A stretch of DNA of 64,000 bases, from the NCBI GenBank assembly GCA_963828485.1, contig CAWHEV010000010.1, positions 771,021 to 835,020 of the forward strand, written 5' to 3'. Source of the DNA: an uncultured Chloroflexia bacterium. Lineage in GTDB: Bacteria > Chloroflexota > Limnocylindria > QHBO01. Under the pieces are notes generated by a model. That model was not told the DNA's origin. It saw nothing but the letters and a program-made list of their open reading frames with translations, and did no database searches. The position numbers and the translations under genes are program-made. Shown here one piece after another: positions 27,926 to 37,691 of the stretch. How positions within the stretch are numbered: the first letter of the stretch is position 1; each line of letters starts with the position of its first letter.

Positions 27926-28288
27926 GTGTCCAAGTACGAGAGCGTCGACGAGTACATGGCCCAGCTGCCGGACGACCGGCGGGCCGCCATGGAGCAGCTC
28001 CGTGCCACCATCCGGGCGGCGGCGCCCACCGCCACCGAGGCGATCTCCTACAACATGCCCGCCTTCCGGATGGATGACCGCTTCTTCGTCTCATACGAGG
28101 CGTTCAAGCGCCACTACAGCCTCTTCCCATGGACCGACGCGATGGTCGATGAGCTCGGGGATGCGATCGAGCCATACGCCGTCGGCAAGGGCACGCTGCG
28201 CTTTCCGGCGGATCAGCCGATTCCGGTCGATCTGGTGACGCGAATCATCGAGGTCCGGCTCCGGGAGTTTGACGTCACGGGAGGATGA
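27926..28288 (+). CDS. DUF1801 (YdhG-like) domain protein
   Basis: VSKYESVDEYMAQLPDDRRAAMEQLRATIRAAAPTATEAISYNMPAFRMDDRFFVSYEAFKRHYSLFPW. GTG start with an AGGAG SD 5 nt upstream. Confidence 0.7.
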   Translation: MSKYESVDEYMAQLPDDRRAAMEQLRATIRAAAPTATEAISYNMPAFRMDDRFFVSYEAFKRHYSLFPWTDAMVDELGDAIEPYAVGKGTLRFPADQPIPVDLVTRIIEVRLREFDVTGG

Positions 28289-29267
28289 TGACCTTGCCGC
28301 TGGCATGGCCGTCCTCGACCCAGCGCAGCGCGTCGACGACCTGGTCCAACGGAAAGCTCCGATCGATCACCGGCTTCAGCTTCCCAGCCGCGATCAGCTC
28401 CTTCAGCGCTTCGACGTCGGGTCGATGCATCGGCTTCCACCACAGCATCAGTCCGCTCCACTTGTCGCCGAACCGCGAGATCACCACGCTGCCGCCGAGA
28501 GACGCCAGGATGCTGGCACTGTCGCCGCCCAGCGTGAGGTACACGCCGCTCGGCTTCAGGGCACGGCGGACGGAGCGGATCGGATGGTGCGAGTCCACGG
28601 CCATGATCCAGTCGTAGCGGGCCTCGCCCTTCGTGTAGTCGACCGCCTCGTAATTGATCACGTGATCGGCGCCGAGCGATCGCACCAGGTCCAGCTTGTC
28701 GCCGCTGGCCACCCCGGTCACCTCGGCGCCCATGGCCTTCGCGATCTGCACGGCGAACGGACCGACGTTGCCCGACGCGCCGTCGATCAGCACCTTGTCG
28801 CCGGCCTTGATGGTCCGACCGCGGCGCATGCGAAGGCCCTGGAGCGCGAGGACCGCCGAGTGCGGCAGCGTGGCGGCCTCCTCGAACGACATGCCCGTCG
28901 GAATCGGCTCGAATGCCTTCTCCCGCGCACAGACGTACTCGGCGAACGCGCCGAACCGCCCCGCCGCGAACAGGTCTGTCATGACCTCGTCGCCTGGCTT
29001 GAAGCGGGTCGCGCCGGGACCGACCGCCTCGACCACTCCGGCCGCGTCGATGCCGACCTCGGGGTTCCTTGGCGCGCGCACCCCCATGAACAGCCGCACG
29101 AAGCCGGGCTTCGGCTTCAGGCCGTCGAGGTCGGCGCGGTTCACCGACGCGGCACGCACCCGCACCAGCACCTGGCCCTCAGCCGGCTCGGGTCGTTCGA
29201 CAGTTCGGACCTGGACGACCTCGGGAGGGCCGTACCGATCCGTCCGTGCCGCCCTCATGGTGCTCAC
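28275..29267 (-). CDS. zinc-type/MDR-family NAD(P)-dependent alcohol dehydrogenase / quinone oxidoreductase
   Basis: MRAARTDRYGPPEVVQVRTVERPEP..GDKVLIDGASGNVGPFAVQIAKAMGAEVTGVAS. Confidence 0.85.
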   Translation of the reverse strand: MSTMRAARTDRYGPPEVVQVRTVERPEPAEGQVLVRVRAASVNRADLDGLKPKPGFVRLFMGVRAPRNPEVGIDAAGVVEAVGPGATRFKPGDEVMTDLFAAGRFGAFAEYVCAREKAFEPIPTGMSFEEAATLPHSAVLALQGLRMRRGRTIKAGDKVLIDGASGNVGPFAVQIAKAMGAEVTGVASGDKLDLVRSLGADHVINYEAVDYTKGEARYDWIMAVDSHHPIRSVRRALKPSGVYLTLGGDSASILASLGGSVVISRFGDKWSGLMLWWKPMHRPDVEALKELIAAGKLKPVIDRSFPLDQVVDALRWVEDGHASGKVIILP

Positions 29268-29507
29268 GACGACACCGTCCCATCCGCCCGCATGCAGGTC
29301 AAGGCTGGGCCGCGCAACTCGACGTTTTGGACTCGGCCTTCACGGGGTGACAGCTATGGAGGGTCGGTGCGTCCGAGCGGTCAAATTCGATGCGTGACGG
29401 TCATCCGGTGGAGATTCGGGCGCTTCGCGCGGCGATTCGGCCGATAAACGGTCACGCCATGAACGTCCGGACCATTCGCGGCACGCCTGCGCCCGCTTGA
29501 GCCCACA

Positions 29508-31094
29508 TCACTCGGTGGCAGGCACCGACGCGGAAGCCCCTTCCGGCTCCGCCTCGGTTCGAGCCGGCACGCCGCGGAGCGCGATCGCGGCCACGATCGC
29601 CGTGCCGACCGCCAGGATGGTCGCGAGCGCCGCCACGAAGTGGAGCGCGTCGACGAACGCGAGCTCGGCCGCAGCCACGAGCGCGGAGCCCAGCGCTTCC
29701 GGCAGCGTCTCGGCGACCGCCAGCGCACCACCAAGCGTGTCGAGGGCGGCATCCATGGCATCTGCCGGGATCTCCGTCGGGAGCGCGTCGGCCACCTCGG
29801 ATCGGTACACCGCGACGCCCACGCTGCCGAGGATCGCGATGCCGAGGGCTCCGCCCAGCTCACCGCTCGTCTCGGACATCCCGGTGGCCGCGCCGGCCTG
29901 CTCCGGAGGGGCGCTACCCACGATGAGCTCTGTGGCGAGCGTGATCACCGGCGCGAGGCCCAGCGAGATCACCACCGAGGCTCCGGCGATGAGATACAGG
30001 TTCCCGGCGCCGTCGACCCCGAGGCCGATGAGCATCGCGGTCCCGATCGCCGCGATCGCCATCCCCGTGCCCATGACCACCGACGGTCGGAAGCGATGGA
30101 TGATCTTCGGCGCCACGGTCGACCCGACGATGAAGCCGGCCGCTGACGGCAGGGACCAGAGGGCCGCGCTCAGCGGCGACAGGCCAAGGACCAGCTGCAG
30201 GTACTGCGCGATGAACAGGAAGTAGCCGACGACCACGAAGATGCCCAGGAAATACGTGCCGAGCGAGGCGCTGAATGCCCGGATCCGGAAGAGGCGCACG
30301 TCGATGATCGGTGACTCCAGGTGGAGCTGTCGGCGCACGAAGACGAGCCCAAGCAGCAACCCCGCGAGGATCGAGCCGATCGGCAACGGCCCGATTCCAC
30401 CCTGCGCCAGCTCCTTCAGGCCGAAGACCACGGCCAGGATGGCGAGCAGTGACAGGGCGGCACTGAGCAGATCCAGGGGCCGGGCGTCCGGATCGCGATA
30501 CTCGGGCAGGGTCCGCGGTCCGATGAAGAGCAGGAGCACCATCACTGGCACGCCGATCAGAAACACCGAACCCCACCAGAAGAACTCGAGCAGGATTCCC
30601 CCGAGGACCGGTCCTATCGCTCCCCCGGCGGAGTACGCGGCGATCCACACGCCGATCGCTGTGGAGCGCTGCTTCGGGTCGAGGAACATGGTGAAGATGA
30701 GGGAGAGGGTGGAAGGAGCAATCGTCGCGCCCGCGATGCCCATGAGCGCGCGGCTGGCGATCAGCATCTCCGAGCTCGTCGAGAAGGCCGCGAAGCAGGA
30801 CGCCACCGCGAAGCCCGCCGCACCGCCCAGCAGGAGCTTCCGACGGCCGATGCGATCCCCGAGCGTTCCCATCGTGATCAGCAGGCCCGCGACGAGGAAG
30901 CCGTAGATGTCGATCATCCACAGCAGCTGCGCGCTGCTCGGCTGCAGCTCGGCGCTGATCCGCGGGATCGCGAGGTTGAGCACCGTCAGGTCCATCGCGT
31001 AGACCAGCGCCGCCAGCGTGAGGACGGCCAGGCCGATCCATTCGCGGCTCGTGGCGCGTGCCGGCACGGCGGTATCGCCCGTCATCTCGTTCAT
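29508..31094 (-). CDS. MFS transporter, DHA2 (14-TM drug:H+ antiporter) family
   Basis: WIGLAVLTLAALVYAMDLTVLNLAIPRIS..TLGDRIGRRKLLLGG. 528 aa, 14 TM. Confidence 0.85.
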   Translation of the reverse strand: MNEMTGDTAVPARATSREWIGLAVLTLAALVYAMDLTVLNLAIPRISAELQPSSAQLLWMIDIYGFLVAGLLITMGTLGDRIGRRKLLLGGAAGFAVASCFAAFSTSSEMLIASRALMGIAGATIAPSTLSLIFTMFLDPKQRSTAIGVWIAAYSAGGAIGPVLGGILLEFFWWGSVFLIGVPVMVLLLFIGPRTLPEYRDPDARPLDLLSAALSLLAILAVVFGLKELAQGGIGPLPIGSILAGLLLGLVFVRRQLHLESPIIDVRLFRIRAFSASLGTYFLGIFVVVGYFLFIAQYLQLVLGLSPLSAALWSLPSAAGFIVGSTVAPKIIHRFRPSVVMGTGMAIAAIGTAMLIGLGVDGAGNLYLIAGASVVISLGLAPVITLATELIVGSAPPEQAGAATGMSETSGELGGALGIAILGSVGVAVYRSEVADALPTEIPADAMDAALDTLGGALAVAETLPEALGSALVAAAELAFVDALHFVAALATILAVGTAIVAAIALRGVPARTEAEPEGASASVPATE

Positions 31095-31175
31095 GCCGTA
31101 TCAGACCGTCGCCATCCGCAAGGCTCATCGGTTCGCGGCCGCCACCACCCTCGGGTGGCGCCCGGATGGGCCGAC

Positions 31176-32630
31176 TCAGCGGATGTTGCGGTTCACACGG
31201 AAGAGGTTGGCCGGGTCGTACTGCTCCTTGGCGCGAGCGAGGCGCTCATAGTTGGACCTGAATGAGGCGCGCGTCCTCTCGTCGGGCTCGTCATCGGTCT
31301 GGAAGTTGACGTAGTTCCCACCCGTCGAGAACGGCTTCAGCGCCTCCCAGGCGGTCCGGACCCACGACCGATTCGCATCGCCCGCCGGCGAGTCCGGCAC
31401 CCACATCGACTGCGCGACGCAGGCAAAGGCCGCATCGCGATTGCCGACGGCACCGTCGTCCTCGGCGTGCTCCGACAGCGCGCCATCCAGGTGGAAGAGC
31501 ACGACCTGGTTGGCCGGCGCCGTGAGCCCTTCGAACTGCTCGTTGTACGTCCGCAAGAGGTCGTCAGACAGGCCGGGGACGAACTCCGACTTCCAGTAGT
31601 AGTGGTTGCCGCGCGGCTGGGTCGCATCGAGCAGCGCCTGCTGCGCCGTGTACTCCCTCGCCTGGATCATGTTGGCCAGCGGCTCGCCGAGGGACGTGAT
31701 CGGCTCCAGGTCGGCCGCGGCCTGGTCCGCGTCGCCGGAGTGGCAGGCCATGATCATGACGATCGGCGTCCCGTGCGCGGATTCCGGAAGCCACGGTGCC
31801 GGCGGAGCGTTCCGCCGGATCGCCACCAGTGTCAGCTCTCGAGGCGCCGACTCGGTGACGCGGCGGAACGCATCGAGGACCCGCTCGGCCTCCGATGCCG
31901 GCCACGCGATCGGCCCACCGGTGATCTGCGGCCCGACCTCGTGCAGGCGAAACGTGAACTCGGTGACGACGCCGAAATTGCCTCCCCCACCACGCAGCGC
32001 CCAGAAGAGGTCTGCGTTCTCATCGGCCGACGCCCGCGTGACCGATCCATCGGCCATGACGATCTCGACCCCCTCGAGGTCGTCTACCGTCCACCCGAAT
32101 CGCCGGGTCAGGTAGCCGAAGCCGCCACCGAGCGTCAGCCCGGCGACGCCGGTCAGCGAGACGAAGCCGAGGGTGGTCGCGAGGCCGTGCTCCTGCGTCG
32201 CCCGATCGACGTCGCCGAGGAGGGCGCCCGCCTGGACCCGAGCGAGCCGTGCGCCTGGATCGACCTCGACGGCGTTCCGACCGGACAGGTCGAGCGTCAG
32301 CCCGCCGTCGGACAGCGCCAGGCCGGCGATGTTGTGGCCGCCGCCTCGGATCGACAGCTCGACACCGTGATCGCCAGCGAAGCGAACGGTGCGGACGACG
32401 TCGTCGGCCGATGCGGCCCGTACGACGATCGCGGGTCGCTTGGCGATCGAGCCGTTCCACAGCGACACCGACTGCGCGTATGCCTCGTCGTCGGGGTGGG
32501 CCAGTGTTCCGTCGAGATCGCCGGCCAGGGCGTCGAGGTGCGACGCGTCCAGCTGGATGCGGCCTCCGTCGAGGCCGGTGATCGGAAATGACGTCGTGCT
32601 CAATGGTGGGTCCTCCATGCCGGCAGGCAT
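31176..32630 (-). CDS. FAD-binding oxidoreductase (PCMH-type FAD-linked oxidase / BBE-like)
   Basis: IRGGGHNIAGLALSDGGLTLDL..WALRGGGGNFGVVTEFTF..YVNF. Paralog of the 35744-37093 gene. Confidence 0.8.
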   Translation of the reverse strand: MPAGMEDPPLSTTSFPITGLDGGRIQLDASHLDALAGDLDGTLAHPDDEAYAQSVSLWNGSIAKRPAIVVRAASADDVVRTVRFAGDHGVELSIRGGGHNIAGLALSDGGLTLDLSGRNAVEVDPGARLARVQAGALLGDVDRATQEHGLATTLGFVSLTGVAGLTLGGGFGYLTRRFGWTVDDLEGVEIVMADGSVTRASADENADLFWALRGGGGNFGVVTEFTFRLHEVGPQITGGPIAWPASEAERVLDAFRRVTESAPRELTLVAIRRNAPPAPWLPESAHGTPIVMIMACHSGDADQAAADLEPITSLGEPLANMIQAREYTAQQALLDATQPRGNHYYWKSEFVPGLSDDLLRTYNEQFEGLTAPANQVVLFHLDGALSEHAEDDGAVGNRDAAFACVAQSMWVPDSPAGDANRSWVRTAWEALKPFSTGGNYVNFQTDDEPDERTRASFRSNYERLARAKEQYDPANLFRVNRNIR

Positions 32631-32721
32631 CAACTCTCGGCGAGCATCGTACGTCCGGGATCGGGCACGGGGCGTCTCCAATGCTCACCCCACGTGTCAG
32701 TTTCGCGACACCCGGCGAGGG

Positions 32722-32756
32722 TTGACAGGCGCCTGATACAACCGTATGGTTGTATT
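32722..32756 (+). promoter_or_regulatory. sigma-A-like promoter (TTGACA-17-TATGGT) with overlapping perfect ArsR-type operator palindrome, abutting arsR start codon
   Basis: gTTGACAggcgcctgATACAACCgtatGGTTGTATtATG. The palindrome ATACAACC-N4-GGTTGTAT spans the spacer and -10. The ATG follows immediately, so the transcript is near-leaderless. Confidence 0.5.
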
Positions 32757-33098
32757 ATGCAACTCGCTCCTCCCGACTTCGATCGCATGTTCGGCGCGCT
32801 GGCGGACCACACCCGCCGCGACATCGTGCGCCGCGCGATCGACAGCGAGGAGGGCATCGCCGAGCTGGCCAGCCACTACCCGATGAGCTTCGCGGCCGTG
32901 CAGAAGCATGTTGCGATCCTCGAGCGGGCAAGGCTCGTCACGAAGCAGCGCATCGGACGGCGGAAGGTCGTCCGAACCAATTTGGAAGGACTGCGGGTGG
33001 CCCGCCGTCTGCTGGACCGATACGAGGAGCTCTGGCTCGGCCGAATCGACCGGATGACCGAGCTCGTCGCCAATGAACCCGAAGGAGATGCCCGATGA
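32757..33098 (+). CDS. ArsR/SmtB-family transcriptional regulator
   Basis: FGALADHTRRDIVRRAIDSEEGIAELASHYPMSFAAVQKHVAILERARLV. Confidence 0.85.
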   Translation: MQLAPPDFDRMFGALADHTRRDIVRRAIDSEEGIAELASHYPMSFAAVQKHVAILERARLVTKQRIGRRKVVRTNLEGLRVARRLLDRYEELWLGRIDRMTELVANEPEGDAR

Positions 33099-33598
33099 CC
33101 GTGACCGCCGTCCGCAAGGACCCCGCTGCCCTGACCATGACCCTCGATGCCGATTTCGACGCCTCGGCGGACCGCGTCTGGCAGCTGTGGTCCGACCCGC
33201 GTCAGCTCGAGCGCTGGTGGGGACCGCCCACCTATCCGGCCACCTTCACGAAGCACGACCTGGCACCTGGCAGCCGCATCGAGTACCACATGACCGGCCC
33301 GGAGGGCGACCAGCCCAAGGGCTTCTGGGACATCCTCGAGGCCGACGCGCCGCATCGGCTCCTCGTGCGCGATGGCTTCGCCAACGACGACGGCACGCCG
33401 AACGAGGAGATGCCGACGGGCGAGATGGAGGTGACGATCGAGGAGTCCGGCGACGGACGCACCCGGATGTCGATCCTGAGCCGCTTCCCGAGCACCGAGG
33501 CGATGGAGCAGCTGCTTGCCATGGGCCAGGAGGAGGGCATGATCGAAGCTGTCGGCCAGATCGACGCCATCCTCGCCGAGGAGCGGGCGGCGGTCTGA
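33095..33598 (+). CDS. SRPBCC-superfamily Aha1-like (activator of Hsp90 ATPase homolog) domain protein
   Basis: DASADRVWQLWSDPRQLERWWGPP..GGEMEVTIEESGDGRTRMS. ATGA overlap with the arsR stop. Confidence 0.8.
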   Translation: MTVTAVRKDPAALTMTLDADFDASADRVWQLWSDPRQLERWWGPPTYPATFTKHDLAPGSRIEYHMTGPEGDQPKGFWDILEADAPHRLLVRDGFANDDGTPNEEMPTGEMEVTIEESGDGRTRMSILSRFPSTEAMEQLLAMGQEEGMIEAVGQIDAILAEERAAV

Positions 33599-33697
33599 TG
33601 GTGGCCACGGCCACGACCTTTCTCTCGGTCGACAGCCGATGACATCCAGCGCCCTACCCAGTCAAACCAGCAACGAGCGAGCAGGAGAGAACGAACC

Positions 33698-34570
33698 ATG
33701 ATCGTTGCCGAAGCGGCGACCCGCACCCTCGAGGCTCCGGGCGCAACGCTGACCTACGACGTCCGGGGTGGAACTTCGAGCGATGAGCCGCCTCTGTTCC
33801 TCATCGGATCGCCGATGGGCGCCGCCGGATTCGTGAGCCTCGCCAGCCACTTTCCGGACCGCACCATCATCACGTACGACCCCCGAGGCTCCGAGCGCAG
33901 CACGAAGGCCGACCCAACGACCGAATCGACGCCGGACCAGCACGCCGATGACCTGCATCGGATCATCACCGCCGTCGGTGGACCGGTCGATCTCTTCGCG
34001 AGCAGCGGCGGCGCGGTGAACGCCCTGGCCCTGGTTGCTCAGCATCCGGAGGACGTCAGGACCCTCGTCGCGCACGAGCCGCCCTCGGCGCCGGTCCTGC
34101 CCGACAGCGAGAACGCCAAGGCCGTCACACGCGCGATCCGCGAGACGTACCAGCGTCGCGGCTTTGGCGCAGGCATGGCGCACTTCATTGCCGTCGTGAG
34201 CCACAAGGGAGAGTTCCCTGACGATTACGCTCGGCAGCCTGCGCCGGATCCCGCGATGTTCGGGATGCCGGCCGAGGACGACGGCAACCGGACCGACGTG
34301 ATGCTTGGGCAGAACATCGTGACCTGCACGCACTACGAGCACGACTTCGATGCGTTGCGGGCGGCCTCGACCCGGATCGTGATGGCCGCCGGCGTCGGTT
34401 CGGAGGGCGAGATGGCGCATCGCGGCGCCGAGGGCGTCGCCGAGCGACTCGGCACCCAGCCGGTCGCCTTTCCAAGCGACCATGGCGGGTTCCTGGGCGG
34501 CGAGTATGGCCAGACGGGCGAGCCCGAGGCGTTCGCCGGCAAGCTGCGTGAGGTCCTCGAGGCGCGCTGA
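33698..34570 (+). CDS. alpha/beta hydrolase
   Basis: LIGSPMGAAGF..DLFASSGGAVNALALVAQHPEDV. Confidence 0.75.
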   Translation: MIVAEAATRTLEAPGATLTYDVRGGTSSDEPPLFLIGSPMGAAGFVSLASHFPDRTIITYDPRGSERSTKADPTTESTPDQHADDLHRIITAVGGPVDLFASSGGAVNALALVAQHPEDVRTLVAHEPPSAPVLPDSENAKAVTRAIRETYQRRGFGAGMAHFIAVVSHKGEFPDDYARQPAPDPAMFGMPAEDDGNRTDVMLGQNIVTCTHYEHDFDALRAASTRIVMAAGVGSEGEMAHRGAEGVAERLGTQPVAFPSDHGGFLGGEYGQTGEPEAFAGKLREVLEAR

Positions 34571-34581
34571 GACTCCCCGCG

Positions 34582-35037
34582 TCAGCCGCGGTCAGCGGTC
34601 GGGTGGCGGGACTCAGTGCGGGTCGCGACGTCGATCAGCGCCCGCAGGGCAGGGTTCCTGACGTCGTCGGCGGAGGCAATCTTCAGGCTGCGCATCGTCA
34701 GCGAGCCGGAGACCTGCTTCCCGCCCGTAGTCGGTAGCAGCCCATCGGGATCGGGGAGCTCGCCTCCGCGATAGAAGCCGAGCGTCACATGCCGCTTGAA
34801 CGGCATCAGGTAGGCGAACTGCTCGGTGAACTTCTTCGGCCCGGTCCCCCACCCGACCGAGCCCTGCCGCGGCCAGACGACCTCGACCGTCTGCGGCAGC
34901 ACATCGTAGACGAGGTCGCGGGCGCGCCGCGCCAGCTCCTGAACCTGGGGCGCCGACGCCGCGATGATGCCTTCGAAGGCATCTCGATTGCCCGCACCGC
35001 GATCGTTGACGACGCCCGCCGGATCACTCATCGGCAC
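34582..35037 (-). CDS. DUF1801 (YdhG-like) domain protein
   Basis: APQVQELARRARDLVYDVLPQTVEVVWPRQGSVGWGTGPKKFTEQFAYLMPFKRHVTLGFYRG. Confidence 0.7.
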   Translation of the reverse strand: MPMSDPAGVVNDRGAGNRDAFEGIIAASAPQVQELARRARDLVYDVLPQTVEVVWPRQGSVGWGTGPKKFTEQFAYLMPFKRHVTLGFYRGGELPDPDGLLPTTGGKQVSGSLTMRSLKIASADDVRNPALRALIDVATRTESRHPTADRG

Positions 35038-35046
35038 AGCGCAACC

Positions 35047-35724
35047 TCAGTCGCGGCCGGCTACCGTGGCGATGTCCGCCTCGTTGCCGGCGGCGTCGGC
35101 CAGCGTCCACCACGAGGGCGCGAAGTCATCGCGAACCATCCGCCCGCCGGCGGCGAGCGCGGCCTGGACGCGGGCCTCCGCCTCTTCGATCGGGACCCAC
35201 ACGCCGACGTGGATCGCCCCGCCACCATCAGGTCGCGGCTCGGCCATGGACTCGAACCAGAACGCCGGGCCGCGGCCGTGAGGATCCACGAGATCCTCGT
35301 CTGGACTGTCGAGCCGCGGCTCGTAGCCGAGAATCGCGCGCCAGAACGGCATGACCTCCTCGCCAACCGGCGCGCCGGGGATGAGGAGGAGGTTCTGGAC
35401 GGCGGACGGATCGGCCCGCAAGCCCATGTGTCGCGCGCGCCCCGATATCTCCCGCGCCAGCCCGACATCGAGCGCGCTCATCCCGAAGTAATCGTCGGCA
35501 ACGGTGATGAGCCTGACCGTCACCCCGCCCTCCCGGACGTCGATGGCGGGTGGGTGGGCAACGGCTCCCGGGACTTCCGAGATCGCCTGAACGAGCCGCG
35601 CCGCGTCGGCAAGCGAGGTCGTGGGGAAGTGCGCATACGCGCCGTCGTCAAGGATGCGCCAGTCCTCGAGACCCGCGGTCGCGTGGAAGTCGCTCGCCGC
35701 GATCGGCGTGATCGAGTCGGTCAT
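35047..35724 (-). CDS. PCD/DCoH-like domain fused to VOC domain protein (paralog of 8056-8727)
   Basis: DWRILDDGAYAHFPTTSLADAARLVQAISEVPG..VTVRLIT then FWRAILGYEPRLDSPDEDLVDPHG..IHVGVWV..RVQAALAAGGRMV. Confidence 0.75.
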   Translation of the reverse strand: MTDSITPIAASDFHATAGLEDWRILDDGAYAHFPTTSLADAARLVQAISEVPGAVAHPPAIDVREGGVTVRLITVADDYFGMSALDVGLAREISGRARHMGLRADPSAVQNLLLIPGAPVGEEVMPFWRAILGYEPRLDSPDEDLVDPHGRGPAFWFESMAEPRPDGGGAIHVGVWVPIEEAEARVQAALAAGGRMVRDDFAPSWWTLADAAGNEADIATVAGRD

Positions 35725-35743
35725 CTCGTCCTTCCCTCGCAGG

Positions 35744-37093
35744 TCATGGAGCGATGTTCTGGTTGAGGTGGAACACGTTGTCGGGATCGTACCGACGCTT
35801 CAGCTCGGCCAGCCGGGCGAGCTTGGTGTCTCCGTACGCGCGCTGCACCCCCTCCACGCCGGTCTCCGACAGCACGTTCACATAGACGCCGCTGGAGAAC
35901 GGTGCGAGTGCGGCCCCGAAGGCACGGGCCGAGGCCATCCGTTCGTCGTCCTCGGCCGGATCGTCCCAGCTCTGGCCGCCGAAGAACTCGACGATCGCAT
36001 CGCGGTGGCTGAACGCGGACTCTTCGTTCGAGACCTCGCCGATGGCGCCGCCGTACGCCTGGAATCCACCGGCCGCGACGCGCGTCCAGTCGACGTCGTC
36101 CACATCGCCCACGGCGACGCCCCGCGAGAGGAATGCATCGATGGCCGCGTCCGAGAGCTCGGTCAGGTAGTGGCCGGTCGAGTAACGCCGGCGGCCATGA
36201 TGATGATTCTCGTCGCCGATGGACTGGAGCTCGAGGTACCGCATCGGCTCCACCGACTCGGCCCTTGGACTCCCGATGCCGCGCATCGTCTCCAGGTAGC
36301 GCATCCCGTCATCGGGGTCTCCGACCCATACGAAGCCGATGATGACCGCGGGCTTCCCGTCGATGGTGACCGCATCGGCCGCCAGCGTGGCTGGCCGCGG
36401 TGCGTCGGACAGCAGGTCACGCCAGCGTCGCATCGGGTCACGAGCGTTCGCGACGTCGAAGGTGAGCTCCACGACGAGGGCCTGGCCCGCCACCGGGTGA
36501 AGCAGGAACTCGAACTCGGTCACCACGCCGAAGTTGCCGCCTCCGCCGCGCAGACCCCAGAACAGGTCGGAGTTGTCGGTTGCCGTGGCGCGAACGGTCT
36601 CGCCATCGGCGGTGACGAGGGTATACGCCGCGACGTTGTCGCAGGCCAACCCGAACTGACGCGCCAGCCATCCCATCCCGCCCCCGAGCGTGAGGCCGCC
36701 CACCCCCGTGTGCGAGACATTGCCCGCTGTCGTCGCCAGCCCGTGCGCCTGCGCGGCCTGGTCGAGATAGCGCAGCAGCGCCCCTCCGCCAACCTTCGCT
36801 CGTCGGGCCCCCGGATCCACGCCCACCGCGGCCATCGGCGTCAGGTCGATCATCAGCCCGTCCTGTGGCACGGACAGGCCGAGCACGCTGTGGCCGCCTG
36901 ACTTCACGCCGATGTCGAGGCCAGCATTCCGGGCATGGCGGATCGCAGCGGCGACGTCGGCGGCGCTCGTGCACTGCGCGATCAGTGTCGGCCGCCGGTC
37001 GACCATGGCATTCCACACCTCGCGGTGCTCGTCGTATCCATCGTCGCCCGGACCGATCAGGTCGCCCGCGAACCCCGGGATCGCCACCTGCAT
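35744..37093 (-). CDS. FAD-binding oxidoreductase (PCMH-type FAD-linked oxidase / BBE-like)
   Basis: VKSGGHSVLGLSV..WGLRGGGGNFGVVTEFEF..YVNV..NVFHLNQNI. Confidence 0.8.
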   Translation of the reverse strand: MQVAIPGFAGDLIGPGDDGYDEHREVWNAMVDRRPTLIAQCTSAADVAAAIRHARNAGLDIGVKSGGHSVLGLSVPQDGLMIDLTPMAAVGVDPGARRAKVGGGALLRYLDQAAQAHGLATTAGNVSHTGVGGLTLGGGMGWLARQFGLACDNVAAYTLVTADGETVRATATDNSDLFWGLRGGGGNFGVVTEFEFLLHPVAGQALVVELTFDVANARDPMRRWRDLLSDAPRPATLAADAVTIDGKPAVIIGFVWVGDPDDGMRYLETMRGIGSPRAESVEPMRYLELQSIGDENHHHGRRRYSTGHYLTELSDAAIDAFLSRGVAVGDVDDVDWTRVAAGGFQAYGGAIGEVSNEESAFSHRDAIVEFFGGQSWDDPAEDDERMASARAFGAALAPFSSGVYVNVLSETGVEGVQRAYGDTKLARLAELKRRYDPDNVFHLNQNIAP

Positions 37094-37184
37094 GAGTCAG
37101 TGCCTCCTGTGCTCTGGTCATCAGACGCCGTCGAAGCGCCAGACTCATCCGGCGCGCCCGCGCAGGCCAGCCGGCCTCTCGGCG

Positions 37185-37691
37185 TCAGTCCCAGGGATCG
37201 ATGAGCGGCAGCCCGGCGGCCGCGAGGATCTCGTTCACCTCGGCGGTGTGGTGGGCGTCGTGGATGAAGACCCGTTGGATGACCGAACCACGGCGGTGCA
37301 CCCAGTCCGGCCCGAACTCGGGGCGCCGGATCTCCTCGTCGAGCTCGTCCAGCGTCCATCGGTCCAGGCAGCCCTCGACGATGCGAAAGGTCGAGTCGAG
37401 CGCCTCGACGAGCTGTCCGGCATCGAGCACGGTCTCCAGGTCATCGTCGCCCGGGCAGTTGTTGCCCGCGTCGGTGAACCGCGTGGTCTCCGCGCCCGGC
37501 TCGCCGGCGAAGTCGCAGAGCCAGAACACGCGCTGGCAGGCGAGGTGGCCGACGGTGGCCCACATCGGCCAGCGCTCCTGGGATGGGCGCAGCGCGAGCT
37601 GCTCATCGGTCAAGCCGGCGATGGCGTCGCGAAGGATTCGGTTGTAGCGCGGCCAGTTGCTGTACGCCGGCCGTATCGATGCAACGCTCAT
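37185..37691 (-). CDS. DinB-family (four-helix bundle, metal-dependent) protein
   Basis: SIRPAYSNWPRYNRILRDAIAGLTDEQLALRPS..ATVGHLACQRVFWL..HDAHHTAEV. Paralog of the 40339-40851 gene. Confidence 0.75.
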   Translation of the reverse strand: MSVASIRPAYSNWPRYNRILRDAIAGLTDEQLALRPSQERWPMWATVGHLACQRVFWLCDFAGEPGAETTRFTDAGNNCPGDDDLETVLDAGQLVEALDSTFRIVEGCLDRWTLDELDEEIRRPEFGPDWVHRRGSVIQRVFIHDAHHTAEVNEILAAAGLPLIDPWD

